Shown here in pieces: positions 46,685 to 55,837 of a DNA stretch of 64,000 nucleotides. Position 1 is the stretch's first letter. The number at the start of each line of letters is the position of its first letter. The DNA lies in NCBI GenBank assembly GCA_963805625.1, contig CAWDVE010000013.1, positions 512,001 through 576,000 of the forward strand, given 5' to 3'. The DNA comes from an uncultured Candidatus Rokubacteria bacterium (GTDB taxonomy: Bacteria > Methylomirabilota > Methylomirabilia > Rokubacteriales > DASRDR01). Both the position numbers and the translations under genes were made by a program. Below the pieces are notes generated by a model. The model saw only the letters and a list, made by a program, of their open reading frames with translations, did not search any database and was not told the origin of the DNA.

Positions 46685-47747
46685 GGATCTTCTCCCGGCG
46701 CGCGCGCACGGCCTTCGCGAGGTCGTCCAGCACCGGCAGCGTGTCGTCCCAGGCGAGGCAGGCGTCGGTGACGCTCTGGCCGTACACGAGGGGCTCGCCG
46801 GGGCGGACGTCCTGTCGCCCCCCCACCAGGTGACTCTCGATCATCACCCCGAAAACGTGGCGGAGACCGTCGGCGATCTGCCCGGCGAGGTCGCGCGCCA
46901 CGGCGGGCTGCCGCGTATGGTCCTTGCCGCTGTTCCCGTGCGAGCAGTCCACCATGATCCGGGGAGGCAGCCCGGCCCGGGTGAGCACCTTCGCCGTCTG
47001 CTCGACGTCCTCGGCGTGGTAGTTCGGGCGCCGGTGGCCTCCGCGAAGGATCACGTGGCAGGCATCGTTGCCGCGCGTGACCACGATGGCTGCCAGCCCC
47101 TGCTTCGTCACGGAGAGGAACTGGTGCGGGTGCATCGCCGCCCGGATCGCGTCGACCGCGATCTGGACGTTGCCGTCCGTGCCGTTCTTGAACCCCACCG
47201 GCATCGAGAGGCCCGACGCGAGCTCGCGGTGGACCTGGCTCTCGGTGGTACGGGCGCCGATGGCCCCCCACGACACCAGGTCGGCGATGAACTGCGGAGT
47301 GATGGTGTCCAGGAACTCGCATCCCGCGGGGAGACCCATGTTCGCGAGATCGAGGAGAAGGCCCCGCGCCAGGCCCAGCCCGTCGTTGATCGCGAAGCTC
47401 CCGTCGAGCCTGGGGTCGTTGATGAGCCCCTTCCACCCGACGGTCGTCCGCGGCTTCTCGAAGTAGACGCGCATGACGAGCAGGAGGTCGGCGGCGAGCC
47501 GATCGGCGGCGCCCCGGAGGCGCGCCGCGTATTCGCGCGCGGCCTCGACGTCGTGGATCGAGCAGGGCCCCACGACGACCAGGAGCCGGTCGTCCTCGTC
47601 ACGGAGGACGCGGTTGATCGCCTCGCGCCCCTCGGCGATCGTGTTGGACGCCTCCTCCGTGATCGCGAATTGCTCCATCAGGATGGCAGGCGGGATCAGC
47701 GGCCGGAGCCGCTCGATCCGGAGGTCGTCGGTCGGACGCAGCATCAC
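46677..47747 (-). CDS. aroG: 3-deoxy-7-phosphoheptulonate (DAHP) synthase, class I-alpha
   Basis: GPCSIHD, RVYFEKPRTTVGWKGLIND, IGARTTESQVHRE, GFKNGT, DCSHGNS, GQSVTDAC. Confidence 0.95.
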   Translation of the reverse strand: MMLRPTDDLRIERLRPLIPPAILMEQFAITEEASNTIAEGREAINRVLRDEDDRLLVVVGPCSIHDVEAAREYAARLRGAADRLAADLLLVMRVYFEKPRTTVGWKGLINDPRLDGSFAINDGLGLARGLLLDLANMGLPAGCEFLDTITPQFIADLVSWGAIGARTTESQVHRELASGLSMPVGFKNGTDGNVQIAVDAIRAAMHPHQFLSVTKQGLAAIVVTRGNDACHVILRGGHRRPNYHAEDVEQTAKVLTRAGLPPRIMVDCSHGNSGKDHTRQPAVARDLAGQIADGLRHVFGVMIESHLVGGRQDVRPGEPLVYGQSVTDACLAWDDTLPVLDDLAKAVRARREKIRA

Positions 47748-48019
47748 AGCTCAATCTCCGCCTTGATCGGCAATGGTTTACGCCCCCAGGACTCCGTCGG
47801 CGCATGAGGTCCGCCGATGGCAATCGGCCCGACCGTGGGGTCGGGCCGTCGTCACGACTATAGGGGCAGCTCCGCCCTGCCGCAAGCTGCTTGGAACCTG
47901 GGAAGCGTGAGGAGTGCGGAGGAACGGAACGCCCCGAGGTCCGAGGCCGGTTGACGCGACGCGCGAACGCGTAGCACAGTGCGGAGTGAGGCCCGACTCA
48001 GGGTTCCCGTGCGTGCTCC

Positions 48020-48793
48020 ATGACGCAATCGACGCCACCTCATCCCGTCCTCGACCGGTACTACGGCAGTGCGGCGGATCGGCGATCGTTCGTCGCCGCG
48101 CTGTTCGACGGCGCCGCTCGCCACTACGACCGTGTCGGGCGAACTCTCGACCTGGGCTCGGGACCGTGGTATCGACGCCAGGCCCTCCGGCGGGCCGGTC
48201 TGCGGCCCGACATGAAGCTCCTGGACGTCGCGACCGGCACGGGTCTCCTGGCCCGCGGAGCCGCGCGCATCCTCGGCAACCCGGGTGGGGTGGTCGGCGT
48301 CGATCCGAGCGCCGGCATGCTGCGGGAGGCACGGAAGGCGCTCACCGGGCCCCTCGTGCGGGGGTGGGCCGAGGCGCTGCCGTTCAGGAGCGACCACTTC
48401 GACATGCTCAGCATGAGCTTCGCCCTGCGTCACGTGGCGGAGCTCGAGGTGGCCTTCGGAGAGTATCTACGTGTCCTGAAGCCGGGGGGTCGCCTCCTGC
48501 TCCTCGAGGTGTCTCGTCCCCGCTCAGCCGTGACCCGCTGGGTGATGAGGGTCCACCTGCAGCGGGTCCTGCCGTGGCTCATGCAGATCAGCACGGGCAG
48601 CGAGCCCGCTCAGCTGCTCATGAAGTACTACTGGGACACGATCGACCGGTGCGTCCCGCCGGAGACGATCGTGGACGTCCTGCGCCGGAGCGGCTTCGTC
48701 GGCGTCGAGCGTCGGGTGTTCTTCGGCTTCCTCAGCGAGTACGTGGCGTCCAAGCCGGGCGGCGGGCGACCCGTCCGCGCCGTCAGCGGATAG
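48020..48793 (+). CDS. Class I SAM-dependent methyltransferase (UbiE/MenG-like)
   Basis: LFDGAARHYD, LLDVATGTG, AEALPF, FALRHV, RVLKPGG. Confidence 0.88.
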   Translation: MTQSTPPHPVLDRYYGSAADRRSFVAALFDGAARHYDRVGRTLDLGSGPWYRRQALRRAGLRPDMKLLDVATGTGLLARGAARILGNPGGVVGVDPSAGMLREARKALTGPLVRGWAEALPFRSDHFDMLSMSFALRHVAELEVAFGEYLRVLKPGGRLLLLEVSRPRSAVTRWVMRVHLQRVLPWLMQISTGSEPAQLLMKYYWDTIDRCVPPETIVDVLRRSGFVGVERRVFFGFLSEYVASKPGGGRPVRAVSG

Positions 48794-50120
48794 CCAGCGT
48801 GGAGGGATCGATCCCCCCCAGCCCGTAGCGGCTCAGCAGCCGCAGCAGGCCCCGGCTGTACCGGGAGGTCGTGGCGGCCCCGCTCGCCTGCAAGCCGATG
48901 TGGCGCTCGATGTGATGCTGCGCCCTCTCCCGGACGAACCTCGATCCGTGCCCCATGAACGCTCGCCCGGACCGCATGAGGGCCGCGAGCCGCCCATCGT
49001 AGAGGTAGGCGACCAGGTCCTGCCAGGCGGCCAGCATCGCCGTCTGGACCTCTGCGTAGGAGGCAAGCGCCGAGTCGAGCTCGGCCGGTGACGGGGGCTT
49101 GCGCCGCCGAATCACTGGACCGAGACCTTCGGCCACGAGCTCGGCCGAGCGCAAGGCGAGGAAGACCCCGGGCGAGAGCATGGGATCCACGAAGCCGAAG
49201 GCGTCTCCGACCATCACCCAGCCCGGGCCGTGGCCACGCCGGGAGATCAGCTGATAGTTGGCGTAGGTGGCAACGCCCGTGACCCGTCGCCCCTCCCCGA
49301 CCACAGAGCGGAGCCAGGAATCCCGGTCGACGGCCTGATCGAGCCGCTCCTCCGGGGTGCGTCCGAGCTTCGCGGCGTCCTCCTGGCCCAGCACGATCCC
49401 CACCGACAGCCGATCCTCGAGCGGAATGCACCAGCTCCAGCCCGCCGGGCCGCGCGCGATGAGCACCTGCCCCGGCGCGTCGTCCCAGCGGAAGCTCTCG
49501 AAGTGGGCGAAGTGCGCCACGTCCTTTCGCGGCCCGAGCTGGGCACCGATTCCCAGCGCACGGGCCCCGTGACGGGCTCGGCCCGTCGCGTCGACGATCA
49601 GGTCTGGCTGACGGCCGCCCAGAACGGGCGCCGCCGCCAGGGTCTCGGGCGCCAGGGCCAGTTCCGCTCCGGTCCCGTCGGCGAGCTTGCGCTCGAGCCG
49701 GGCCCGGCCGACCACGTGGTGGACGCCGGCCGCGAGGGCCCGGTCGCGCAGGGCCTCGTCGAAGCGCGGGCGCGGGATGTTGTAGGCGTACGGGAACACG
49801 GACGGCGCGAAGCGGGCGAACGTGAAGCTGAATCGGTCCGTCGGCGACCAGATGAAGGAGACGCCCGGCTTCACGCGGCCGAAGGCCGCCATCTCTTCCT
49901 CGACGCCGAGACGCTGGAAGATCGGCACGACGGCCGGCACGAGCGATTCCCCGACCAGGAGCTCCGGGCGTCGGTCCTCGTCGAACAGGGTGACCTCGGC
50001 CCCCTCGCGGGCCAGCAGCATCGACAGGGCTGATCCCGACGGTCCGGCGCCGATCACCGCGACCCGGAGGCGACCAGGGCCGTCGGGTGACCTTCGATGC
50101 GTGTCGCCCAGCCCACGCAT
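48783..50120 (-). CDS. FAD-dependent halogenase-like oxidoreductase
   Basis: GAGPSG (FAD), VGESL, K in RVKPG, R..FD, DATGR, GWSWCIP (WxWxIP), GDAFGFVDPMLSPGV. Confidence 0.85.
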   Translation of the reverse strand: MRGLGDTHRRSPDGPGRLRVAVIGAGPSGSALSMLLAREGAEVTLFDEDRRPELLVGESLVPAVVPIFQRLGVEEEMAAFGRVKPGVSFIWSPTDRFSFTFARFAPSVFPYAYNIPRPRFDEALRDRALAAGVHHVVGRARLERKLADGTGAELALAPETLAAAPVLGGRQPDLIVDATGRARHGARALGIGAQLGPRKDVAHFAHFESFRWDDAPGQVLIARGPAGWSWCIPLEDRLSVGIVLGQEDAAKLGRTPEERLDQAVDRDSWLRSVVGEGRRVTGVATYANYQLISRRGHGPGWVMVGDAFGFVDPMLSPGVFLALRSAELVAEGLGPVIRRRKPPSPAELDSALASYAEVQTAMLAAWQDLVAYLYDGRLAALMRSGRAFMGHGSRFVRERAQHHIERHIGLQASGAATTSRYSRGLLRLLSRYGLGGIDPSTLAIR

Positions 50121-50124
50121 GGGG

Positions 50125-51606
50125 TTACGACCGCTCCGCGGGAACGCGCGCCTCGGTCGGAGGCGGGCGCCTGAGGATCTTCCCGCCGGGCGTCTTCGGG
50201 ATGGCCGCCACGACCGTGAACTCGACGGGCACCTTGTGCGAGGAGAGCGCGCGAGCGCAGTGTGCCCTGAGAGCGTCCAGGTCGCAGGCGGCGAAGCCCA
50301 GCACGATCTCGGCCCGAGGGACTTCACCCAGGCGCGCGTGCGGGTGGCCGAACACCCGGGATTCCCTGACGCCCGGGAACGCGTTGATGCAGGCCTCGAC
50401 CTCCTCCGGAAAGAACTTCAGTCCGCCGACGAAGATGACGGCCTTCTTGCGCCCCTCCAGATAGAGTGCCCCGGACCCATCCACCCGGCCGACGTCGCCC
50501 GTGAGGAACCAGCCGTCCCGCGTGACCTGCTCGCGAAGCTGCCACGGGGCGTAGTACGCGGAGAAGAGCCCACCGCCCCGGAGCGCGATCTCCCCGACAG
50601 CGCCGGCGGCCAGCGTCGCCCCACTCTCGCCGAGTACGACGACCTCGTAGCCCGGGACCGCACGACCCACCGAGGTGGCGGGCAGCCCGTCGCCGGGGAC
50701 GTTGATGCAGGGCAGGCCCGCCTCGATGATCCCGTAAGCCTGAGCGACCGGGACGCCGTGGACGGACTCGAAGCGGTCCATCACCGCCGGCGTGATCGGG
50801 GCGCTGGTCGACAGGGCCAGCCGCAGGCTCGTCAGGGCTTCGCTCGCCGGCAGGTTGGCCAGGCGCTCGAAGTGAAGCGGCGAGGCGTAGAAGACGGTGG
50901 CCCGGAGTCCCCGGATCGCGTCGATCACGGTTCCGGGCAAGGTGTCCGGACACAGGAAGACGTGAGTCCCGGCCCGGACGTAGGCCACGATGGTCACCGC
51001 GAAATGGTAGGCCAGCGGCAGCACCCAGAGAACACGATCGTTCTCGGTGAAGCGAAGCACGCGGTCGGCCGCCTCGACCCGGGCAAGGGTGGCCTCGTGG
51101 GAGAGCACGACGCCTTTGGAGCGGGCCGTGGTCCCGGAGGTGAAGCGGATGAAGGCGGGGTTCACGCTCGAGAGCCCCACCGGCCCCTCGGCCTCGCGAT
51201 CGAGCCACTGGAACGTGAATCCCTGGCACGGCCCGCCGGCGAGGAGCGCGCGCTCGTCGGAGCTCGGCAGCGAGTCCGCCCTGGGCCAGGCGAGACAGCC
51301 GTTCACGTCGACCTGGCTCAGGAGCTCGGCCGTCTCGGTCGGCGTGAGGTGCTCGGCCACGGGCACCAGCGAAGCGCCGGTACCCAGGACACCGAAGGCC
51401 GCGGCCAGATACGCGAGGCCGTTCGGTGCGAGGAGCCCGATCCGCTGTCCCGGCTCGACGCCCCGGGCGCGGAGAAACACGGCGACCCGCTCCCCCTCGC
51501 GGGCCAACTCGCCGTACGTCAGCATCCGGGCGGACCGGACATCGGTCACGGCCGGACGGTGTGGATGCCGCGCGGACGTGGCTCCGAGGAGCTCGTTGAG
51601 ATTCAT
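50125..51606 (-). CDS. Class I adenylate-forming enzyme (acyl-CoA/acyl-ACP ligase)
   Basis: FTSGTTARSKG, YGIIEAG, FLTGDVG, GRKK...GG..FFPEEVE, PKTPGGKILR. Confidence 0.9.
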   Translation of the reverse strand: MNLNELLGATSARHPHRPAVTDVRSARMLTYGELAREGERVAVFLRARGVEPGQRIGLLAPNGLAYLAAAFGVLGTGASLVPVAEHLTPTETAELLSQVDVNGCLAWPRADSLPSSDERALLAGGPCQGFTFQWLDREAEGPVGLSSVNPAFIRFTSGTTARSKGVVLSHEATLARVEAADRVLRFTENDRVLWVLPLAYHFAVTIVAYVRAGTHVFLCPDTLPGTVIDAIRGLRATVFYASPLHFERLANLPASEALTSLRLALSTSAPITPAVMDRFESVHGVPVAQAYGIIEAGLPCINVPGDGLPATSVGRAVPGYEVVVLGESGATLAAGAVGEIALRGGGLFSAYYAPWQLREQVTRDGWFLTGDVGRVDGSGALYLEGRKKAVIFVGGLKFFPEEVEACINAFPGVRESRVFGHPHARLGEVPRAEIVLGFAACDLDALRAHCARALSSHKVPVEFTVVAAIPKTPGGKILRRPPPTEARVPAERS

Positions 51607-51613
51607 CGAGCGC

Positions 51614-52921
51614 TCAGGGCCGCGCGGTCCATTCCATCCCCTCGGCGATTGCCTCGACGATCCGCGTGACCTCGTCCTCGCTCACGACCCCCTCGATCCA
51701 CGAGACGACGAGGTTGTCCTGCCCCGCGCACCGGTTGAAGAACACGCCGATCCCGGGCCGGAGCGGCACCGCCGGCACATGATAGGCGTTCAGGACGCGG
51801 CGATCGAAGCATCGATCCAGAGACGTCGGGAACGCCGTCACGTCGGCACAGTTGAACGAGAAGATTTCGCCGCCCTTCGTCCATGGAAGACTGCGCAGCA
51901 CCCTCGAGAGGGGGCGGTACTTGAGAAACTCCATGCTCACCTCGTTGGCCTCGATCTGACCGTCGCGCACCGCGTCGGCCATCTGGCGGCGCAGGCTCCG
52001 GGCCAGGCTGGACGGGTCGGCGGTGTCGGACGGCCGGAACCGCGCGAAGTGGAAGGCGAGGAGATTCCCGAAGGTCGGTCCCGCCTCCCCCTTCGGGCGG
52101 AGATCCACCGCGATCGGCAGAAGGAACGGGACGTCCGGAAGGCCCCGCCGCTCCCACAGATGCGCCATGGCCCGGCCGACGACGGCCACACGCCAGGAGA
52201 TCTCCCGGCTCGTCGGCCGGTGTCCGTTCCTGTTCGTCCCCCCGAAGGTCACGCGCCGGAAGCGCGCCCCTCTCGAGGCGACCCGTGCGGGGGCCGGTGA
52301 GACCGGGGGAACGGGAGCCAGGGTGCGGATGTACGCCAGGCTCTGGCGGCCGAGCCGCGCACGCTCTCCGAGAGGCCGCTTGTCCGGGGACGGCACGAAG
52401 GCGGGGAGCGCCCCGTTCCACGGCCACTCGCCCTCGAACCGATCGAGGTGGCAGAGGTGCGCGAGGAGGTTCTGAGCGCCTCGCGGGTCCATCAAGGGAT
52501 GGAACCACGTCAGGACCAGGAAGCCCCGCTCCGGCCCGTCGAGGAGCAGCACGCGGAGTGGCGCCTCGCGCGCAGGATCGACCGGCGCGTTGAGCTCCGT
52601 CGTCAGCGCACGCTGGAGATCCTCAGGCGTGGCGACGGCTCGCCGGCTGATCGGCGGGCGGGTCAGCCTCTCGCGCGGACCGGCCGCCCAGTGAAGCTGG
52701 CCCCACGGAAACGGGCGGCGCAGGCGCGCCCCGGGCCACGGGCACGCGTCCAGAAAGCGATCGAAGGCGCGACCGATCCGCTCGAGGTCGACCGGGCCAT
52801 CGCACTCGACCACCAGGAGGGCATTGTTGCTCAGCCCCATGCGGCGGCCGCGCATGTGCATCGCCATCAGGACGAGGTCCGCCCCGCGGAGGGGAAGCCG
52901 ACGACGCAACGCTCGCTTCAT
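51614..52921 (-). CDS. Stand-alone condensation-domain / CoA-dependent acyltransferase-like protein
   Basis: DGPVDLERI..A, PLRVLL, WFHPLMDPRG (HxxxD), PIAVDLR, FGNL. Confidence 0.72.
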   Translation of the reverse strand: MKRALRRRLPLRGADLVLMAMHMRGRRMGLSNNALLVVECDGPVDLERIGRAFDRFLDACPWPGARLRRPFPWGQLHWAAGPRERLTRPPISRRAVATPEDLQRALTTELNAPVDPAREAPLRVLLLDGPERGFLVLTWFHPLMDPRGAQNLLAHLCHLDRFEGEWPWNGALPAFVPSPDKRPLGERARLGRQSLAYIRTLAPVPPVSPAPARVASRGARFRRVTFGGTNRNGHRPTSREISWRVAVVGRAMAHLWERRGLPDVPFLLPIAVDLRPKGEAGPTFGNLLAFHFARFRPSDTADPSSLARSLRRQMADAVRDGQIEANEVSMEFLKYRPLSRVLRSLPWTKGGEIFSFNCADVTAFPTSLDRCFDRRVLNAYHVPAVPLRPGIGVFFNRCAGQDNLVVSWIEGVVSEDEVTRIVEAIAEGMEWTARP

Positions 52922-52974
52922 AGGTCACGTGACGCCGTCGGGCCCGGTTCGGCCCGGATGCGGCGAAGGGGTGG

Positions 52975-53319
52975 CTAAGCCAGGCTCCTCCGGCGGGACA
53001 CGTAGCCCGCCAGGGCACGGAGGGACGAGACGTTCTCCGTCCGGAGATCCGCGTCGGGCATCCAGAACCCGAATTCGGCCTCGACGAAGAGCAGGATCTT
53101 CAGCAGTCCCATGGAGTCCACGCCGGCCGCCTCCAGGTCGTCGTCCGGCTGGATCGGACGGCCGCGGGCCATGATGTGAGCGTTGACGAAAGCAGCCAGG
53201 GCGCGGGCCACGCCGTCCGCGTCGGCGGATGGCCCGGGGGTGGGCGAAGACTCCGTGCGACCCGGATCAGGCTCCGGGTCGCGGAGATGCAGTCCGGCCC
53301 ATGATCCTCCCCTCGGCAC
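52975..53319 (-). CDS. Acyl carrier protein (start uncertain, possibly GTG 53211)
   Basis: DDDLEAAGVDSMGLLKILLFVEAEFG...ENVSSLRALA; phosphopantetheine Ser motif GxDS. Confidence 0.88.
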   Translation of the reverse strand: MPRGGSWAGLHLRDPEPDPGRTESSPTPGPSADADGVARALAAFVNAHIMARGRPIQPDDDLEAAGVDSMGLLKILLFVEAEFGFWMPDADLRTENVSSLRALAGYVSRRRSLA

Positions 53320-53435
53320 GGCGCGGTAACACTACCGCCGGCGCCGCTCCCGGGTCAACCCGCGGCCGACCCGACTCCGGGGCGGTCGGGACTGGTCCTC
53401 GCGGGCCGTTGCCGGGGGCGTCCGCGGGAGGGATC

Positions 53436-54209
53436 ATGGGGGCCGTGAGGCTCGGCTGGAAGGCCCGCGCCACGCAGTGGGGCAAGGCTCCGGGAGCCCC
53501 GGAGGACATCCAGTTTCTCCGGGGTCCGCAGCGTCGGAGCTTCGAGCTCTGGCGGACCATCCGGATCTTCTTCGAGTTCCTGCGCGGATTCCGGACCCTT
53601 CACTTCGTGGGCCCGTGCGTCACCGTCTTCGGCTCGGCGCGCTTCCCCGAGACGCATCCCTACTACGTCCTGGCCCGCCAGCTCGGGGCGCGCCTCGGGC
53701 GCGCCGGGTTCACCGTCATGACGGGGGGCGGCCCCGGCATCATGGAGGCGGCAAACCGGGGGGCGCGCGAGGTCGGAGGCCGCTCGGTCGGCTGCAACAT
53801 CGAGCTGCCGCAGGAGCAGCGCCCGAACCCCTACCTCGACCGCTGGCTCACCTTCCGGCACTTCTACGTGCGGAAGGTCATGCTAATAAAGTACTCGTAC
53901 GCCTTCGTCGCGCTGCCGGGCGGATTCGGCACGCTCGACGAGATCTTCGAGACGGCGGTGCTGATCCAGACCGGGAAGATCCGGGACTTCCCGCTGGTCC
54001 TCATGGGCCAGGAGTTCTGGCAGCCGCTCCTCGACTTCGTCGAGGTGCGCCTCCTCCGCGAGGGCCTCGTGGACCCTATCGACGCCAAGCGCTTCACGGT
54101 CACGGACTCGGTCGAGGAGGCCGTGACGGCCATCGTCGACGCCGCGACGCGCCACTTCGGGCTGACCTACCACCCGCCGGTCAAGCGGCGCTGGTTCCTC
54201 TGGGAGTAG
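53436..54209 (+). CDS. LOG family (TIGR00730) nucleotide monophosphate nucleosidase
   Basis: GGAGG RBS; VFGSAR, TGGGPGIMEAAN, RK, PGGFGTLDE. Confidence 0.92.
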   Translation: MGAVRLGWKARATQWGKAPGAPEDIQFLRGPQRRSFELWRTIRIFFEFLRGFRTLHFVGPCVTVFGSARFPETHPYYVLARQLGARLGRAGFTVMTGGGPGIMEAANRGAREVGGRSVGCNIELPQEQRPNPYLDRWLTFRHFYVRKVMLIKYSYAFVALPGGFGTLDEIFETAVLIQTGKIRDFPLVLMGQEFWQPLLDFVEVRLLREGLVDPIDAKRFTVTDSVEEAVTAIVDAATRHFGLTYHPPVKRRWFLWE

Positions 54210-54260
54210 CCCCCCCACGCCGCCCTGGGACGAGCAGCGGCCGGGCGCGCGGCGAACCGG

Positions 54261-55670
54261 TCAGTCGAGCGTGACGAGCTCGCGGTAGTCCGGGACGGAC
54301 GCCTCCCAGCCGAGCTCGCGGCGGATACGCCCCGCCAGCGTCTCCGCGGGCCCGAGCTCTCCATGGACCACGAAGACGTGCCGCGGCCGGCGGGCGGCGG
54401 TGCGGAGCCAGCGGAGCAAGCCGTTGGCGTCGGAGTGAGCGGAAAGCCCGTGGATCACCTCCACGTGCGCACGAACGGGGACGTCCTCGCCGAAGATGCG
54501 CACCGTGCGAACGCCGTCCTGGATCAGCCGGCCGCGCGTCCCGGGGGCCTGGAAGCCGACGAGGAGGACCGTGGTCTTCGAATCCGGGAGGCGGCGGCGG
54601 AGGTGGTGCAGGACGCGCCCTCCCGTGACCATGCCGCTCGCGGCGATGATGATCGCGGCGCCGCGGACGTCGTTGATCTTCCGCGACTCTTCCACGGAGC
54701 GGGTCAGCTGGAACCGCGCCGTGTGGAGCGGGCAGGTTCCCGAGATCACGGGCTTGGCCGTGTCCGGATCCAGGTCCTCCGGGTGGGAGCAGTAGAGGCC
54801 CGTCGCCTCGATCGCCATCGGGCTGTCCACGAAGGTCGGCAGCCGGGGAATGCGGCCCGCATCCTCGAGCGCCCGGAGGTGATAGATCAGCTCCTGGGTC
54901 CGGCCGACCGCGAAGGCCGGCACCACGAGCGCGCCGCCCCGGTCTACCGCGGCCCGGACGACGCGCTCGAGCTGGTCGGGAATTGACGTGGGATCGTGGA
55001 GCCGGTCGCCGTAGGTCGACTCGACGAAGATGTAGTCGGCCTCGTCGATCGGCTCCGGATCGAGGAGGATCGGCGCCGCATAGCGGCCGATGTCTCCCGA
55101 GAAGACGAGGCGCCGGGGAACCGCGCCCGCGGCGAACTCGAGGTGAACGGCCGCCGACCCGAGGATGTGCCCGGCCCGCCGGAACGTCCCCTGGAGCCCG
55201 GGGAGCAGCCGGATCGGCTTGTGGTAGTCGATGCCCTTCACGGTCTCGGCGGTCCGGGCGCCCTCCTCCGCGGTGTAGAGCGGCAGGGCGGGTGTGTGCT
55301 TGGACGTCCCCCGCGCGTTGTGGTACGCGGCCTCCTCCTCCTGGAGGTGGCCCGAGTCCGGCAGGAGGACCCGCGCGAGATCCTCGGTCCCTCGAGTCGC
55401 GGTGATCCGGCCTCCGAAGCCGTCCTTGACGAGCCTGGGCAGGTACCCGATGTGGTCGATGTGGGCGTGGGTGAGGGCGACGGCATCGATCCGCGCGGGA
55501 TCGACGGGCAGCTTGTCCCAGTTCCGGAGGCGGAGGTCCTTCAGGCCCTGGTAGAGACCGCAGTCCACCAGGAGCCGCCGGTCGGCCGTCTCGACCAGGA
55601 ACTTCGAGCCGGTAACCGTCCTCGAGGCACCCAGGCACTGGATGGTGGCGATCGGCGCGCGCGTGGGAAT
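54261..55670 (-). CDS. MBL-fold beta-CASP ribonuclease (Ysh1/TTHA0252-like); apparent ATT start
   Basis: LGASRTVTGSKFL, DCGLYQG, THAHIDH, AGHILGS, FSGD, ESTYG, PAFAVGRTQE, SAHSD, VHGE. Confidence 0.9.
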   Translation of the reverse strand: MPTRAPIATIQCLGASRTVTGSKFLVETADRRLLVDCGLYQGLKDLRLRNWDKLPVDPARIDAVALTHAHIDHIGYLPRLVKDGFGGRITATRGTEDLARVLLPDSGHLQEEEAAYHNARGTSKHTPALPLYTAEEGARTAETVKGIDYHKPIRLLPGLQGTFRRAGHILGSAAVHLEFAAGAVPRRLVFSGDIGRYAAPILLDPEPIDEADYIFVESTYGDRLHDPTSIPDQLERVVRAAVDRGGALVVPAFAVGRTQELIYHLRALEDAGRIPRLPTFVDSPMAIEATGLYCSHPEDLDPDTAKPVISGTCPLHTARFQLTRSVEESRKINDVRGAAIIIAASGMVTGGRVLHHLRRRLPDSKTTVLLVGFQAPGTRGRLIQDGVRTVRIFGEDVPVRAHVEVIHGLSAHSDANGLLRWLRTAARRPRHVFVVHGELGPAETLAGRIRRELGWEASVPDYRELVTLD

Positions 55671-55675
55671 GGTCG

Positions 55676-55684
55676 ACCTCCTTT
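55676..55684 (-). promoter_or_regulatory. Strong Shine-Dalgarno AAAGGAGGT, 5 nt before the ATT codon at 55670
   Basis: Plus strand reads ACCTCCTTT at 55676-55684. Confidence 0.7.
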
Positions 55685-55837
55685 GCGAACGGACGAGCTC
55701 GGTGACCGAGCACCTGCGACGAGCCTATGCTCGGGCGGGCGCCTCGTCAAACACGCCGGCCCTGATTCGCATCGCCCATCGCCGCGGGGAACTCGTGCTC
55801 TTGACGGAAGGCGGGTGCGGTGCGATAACCCCGAGCG

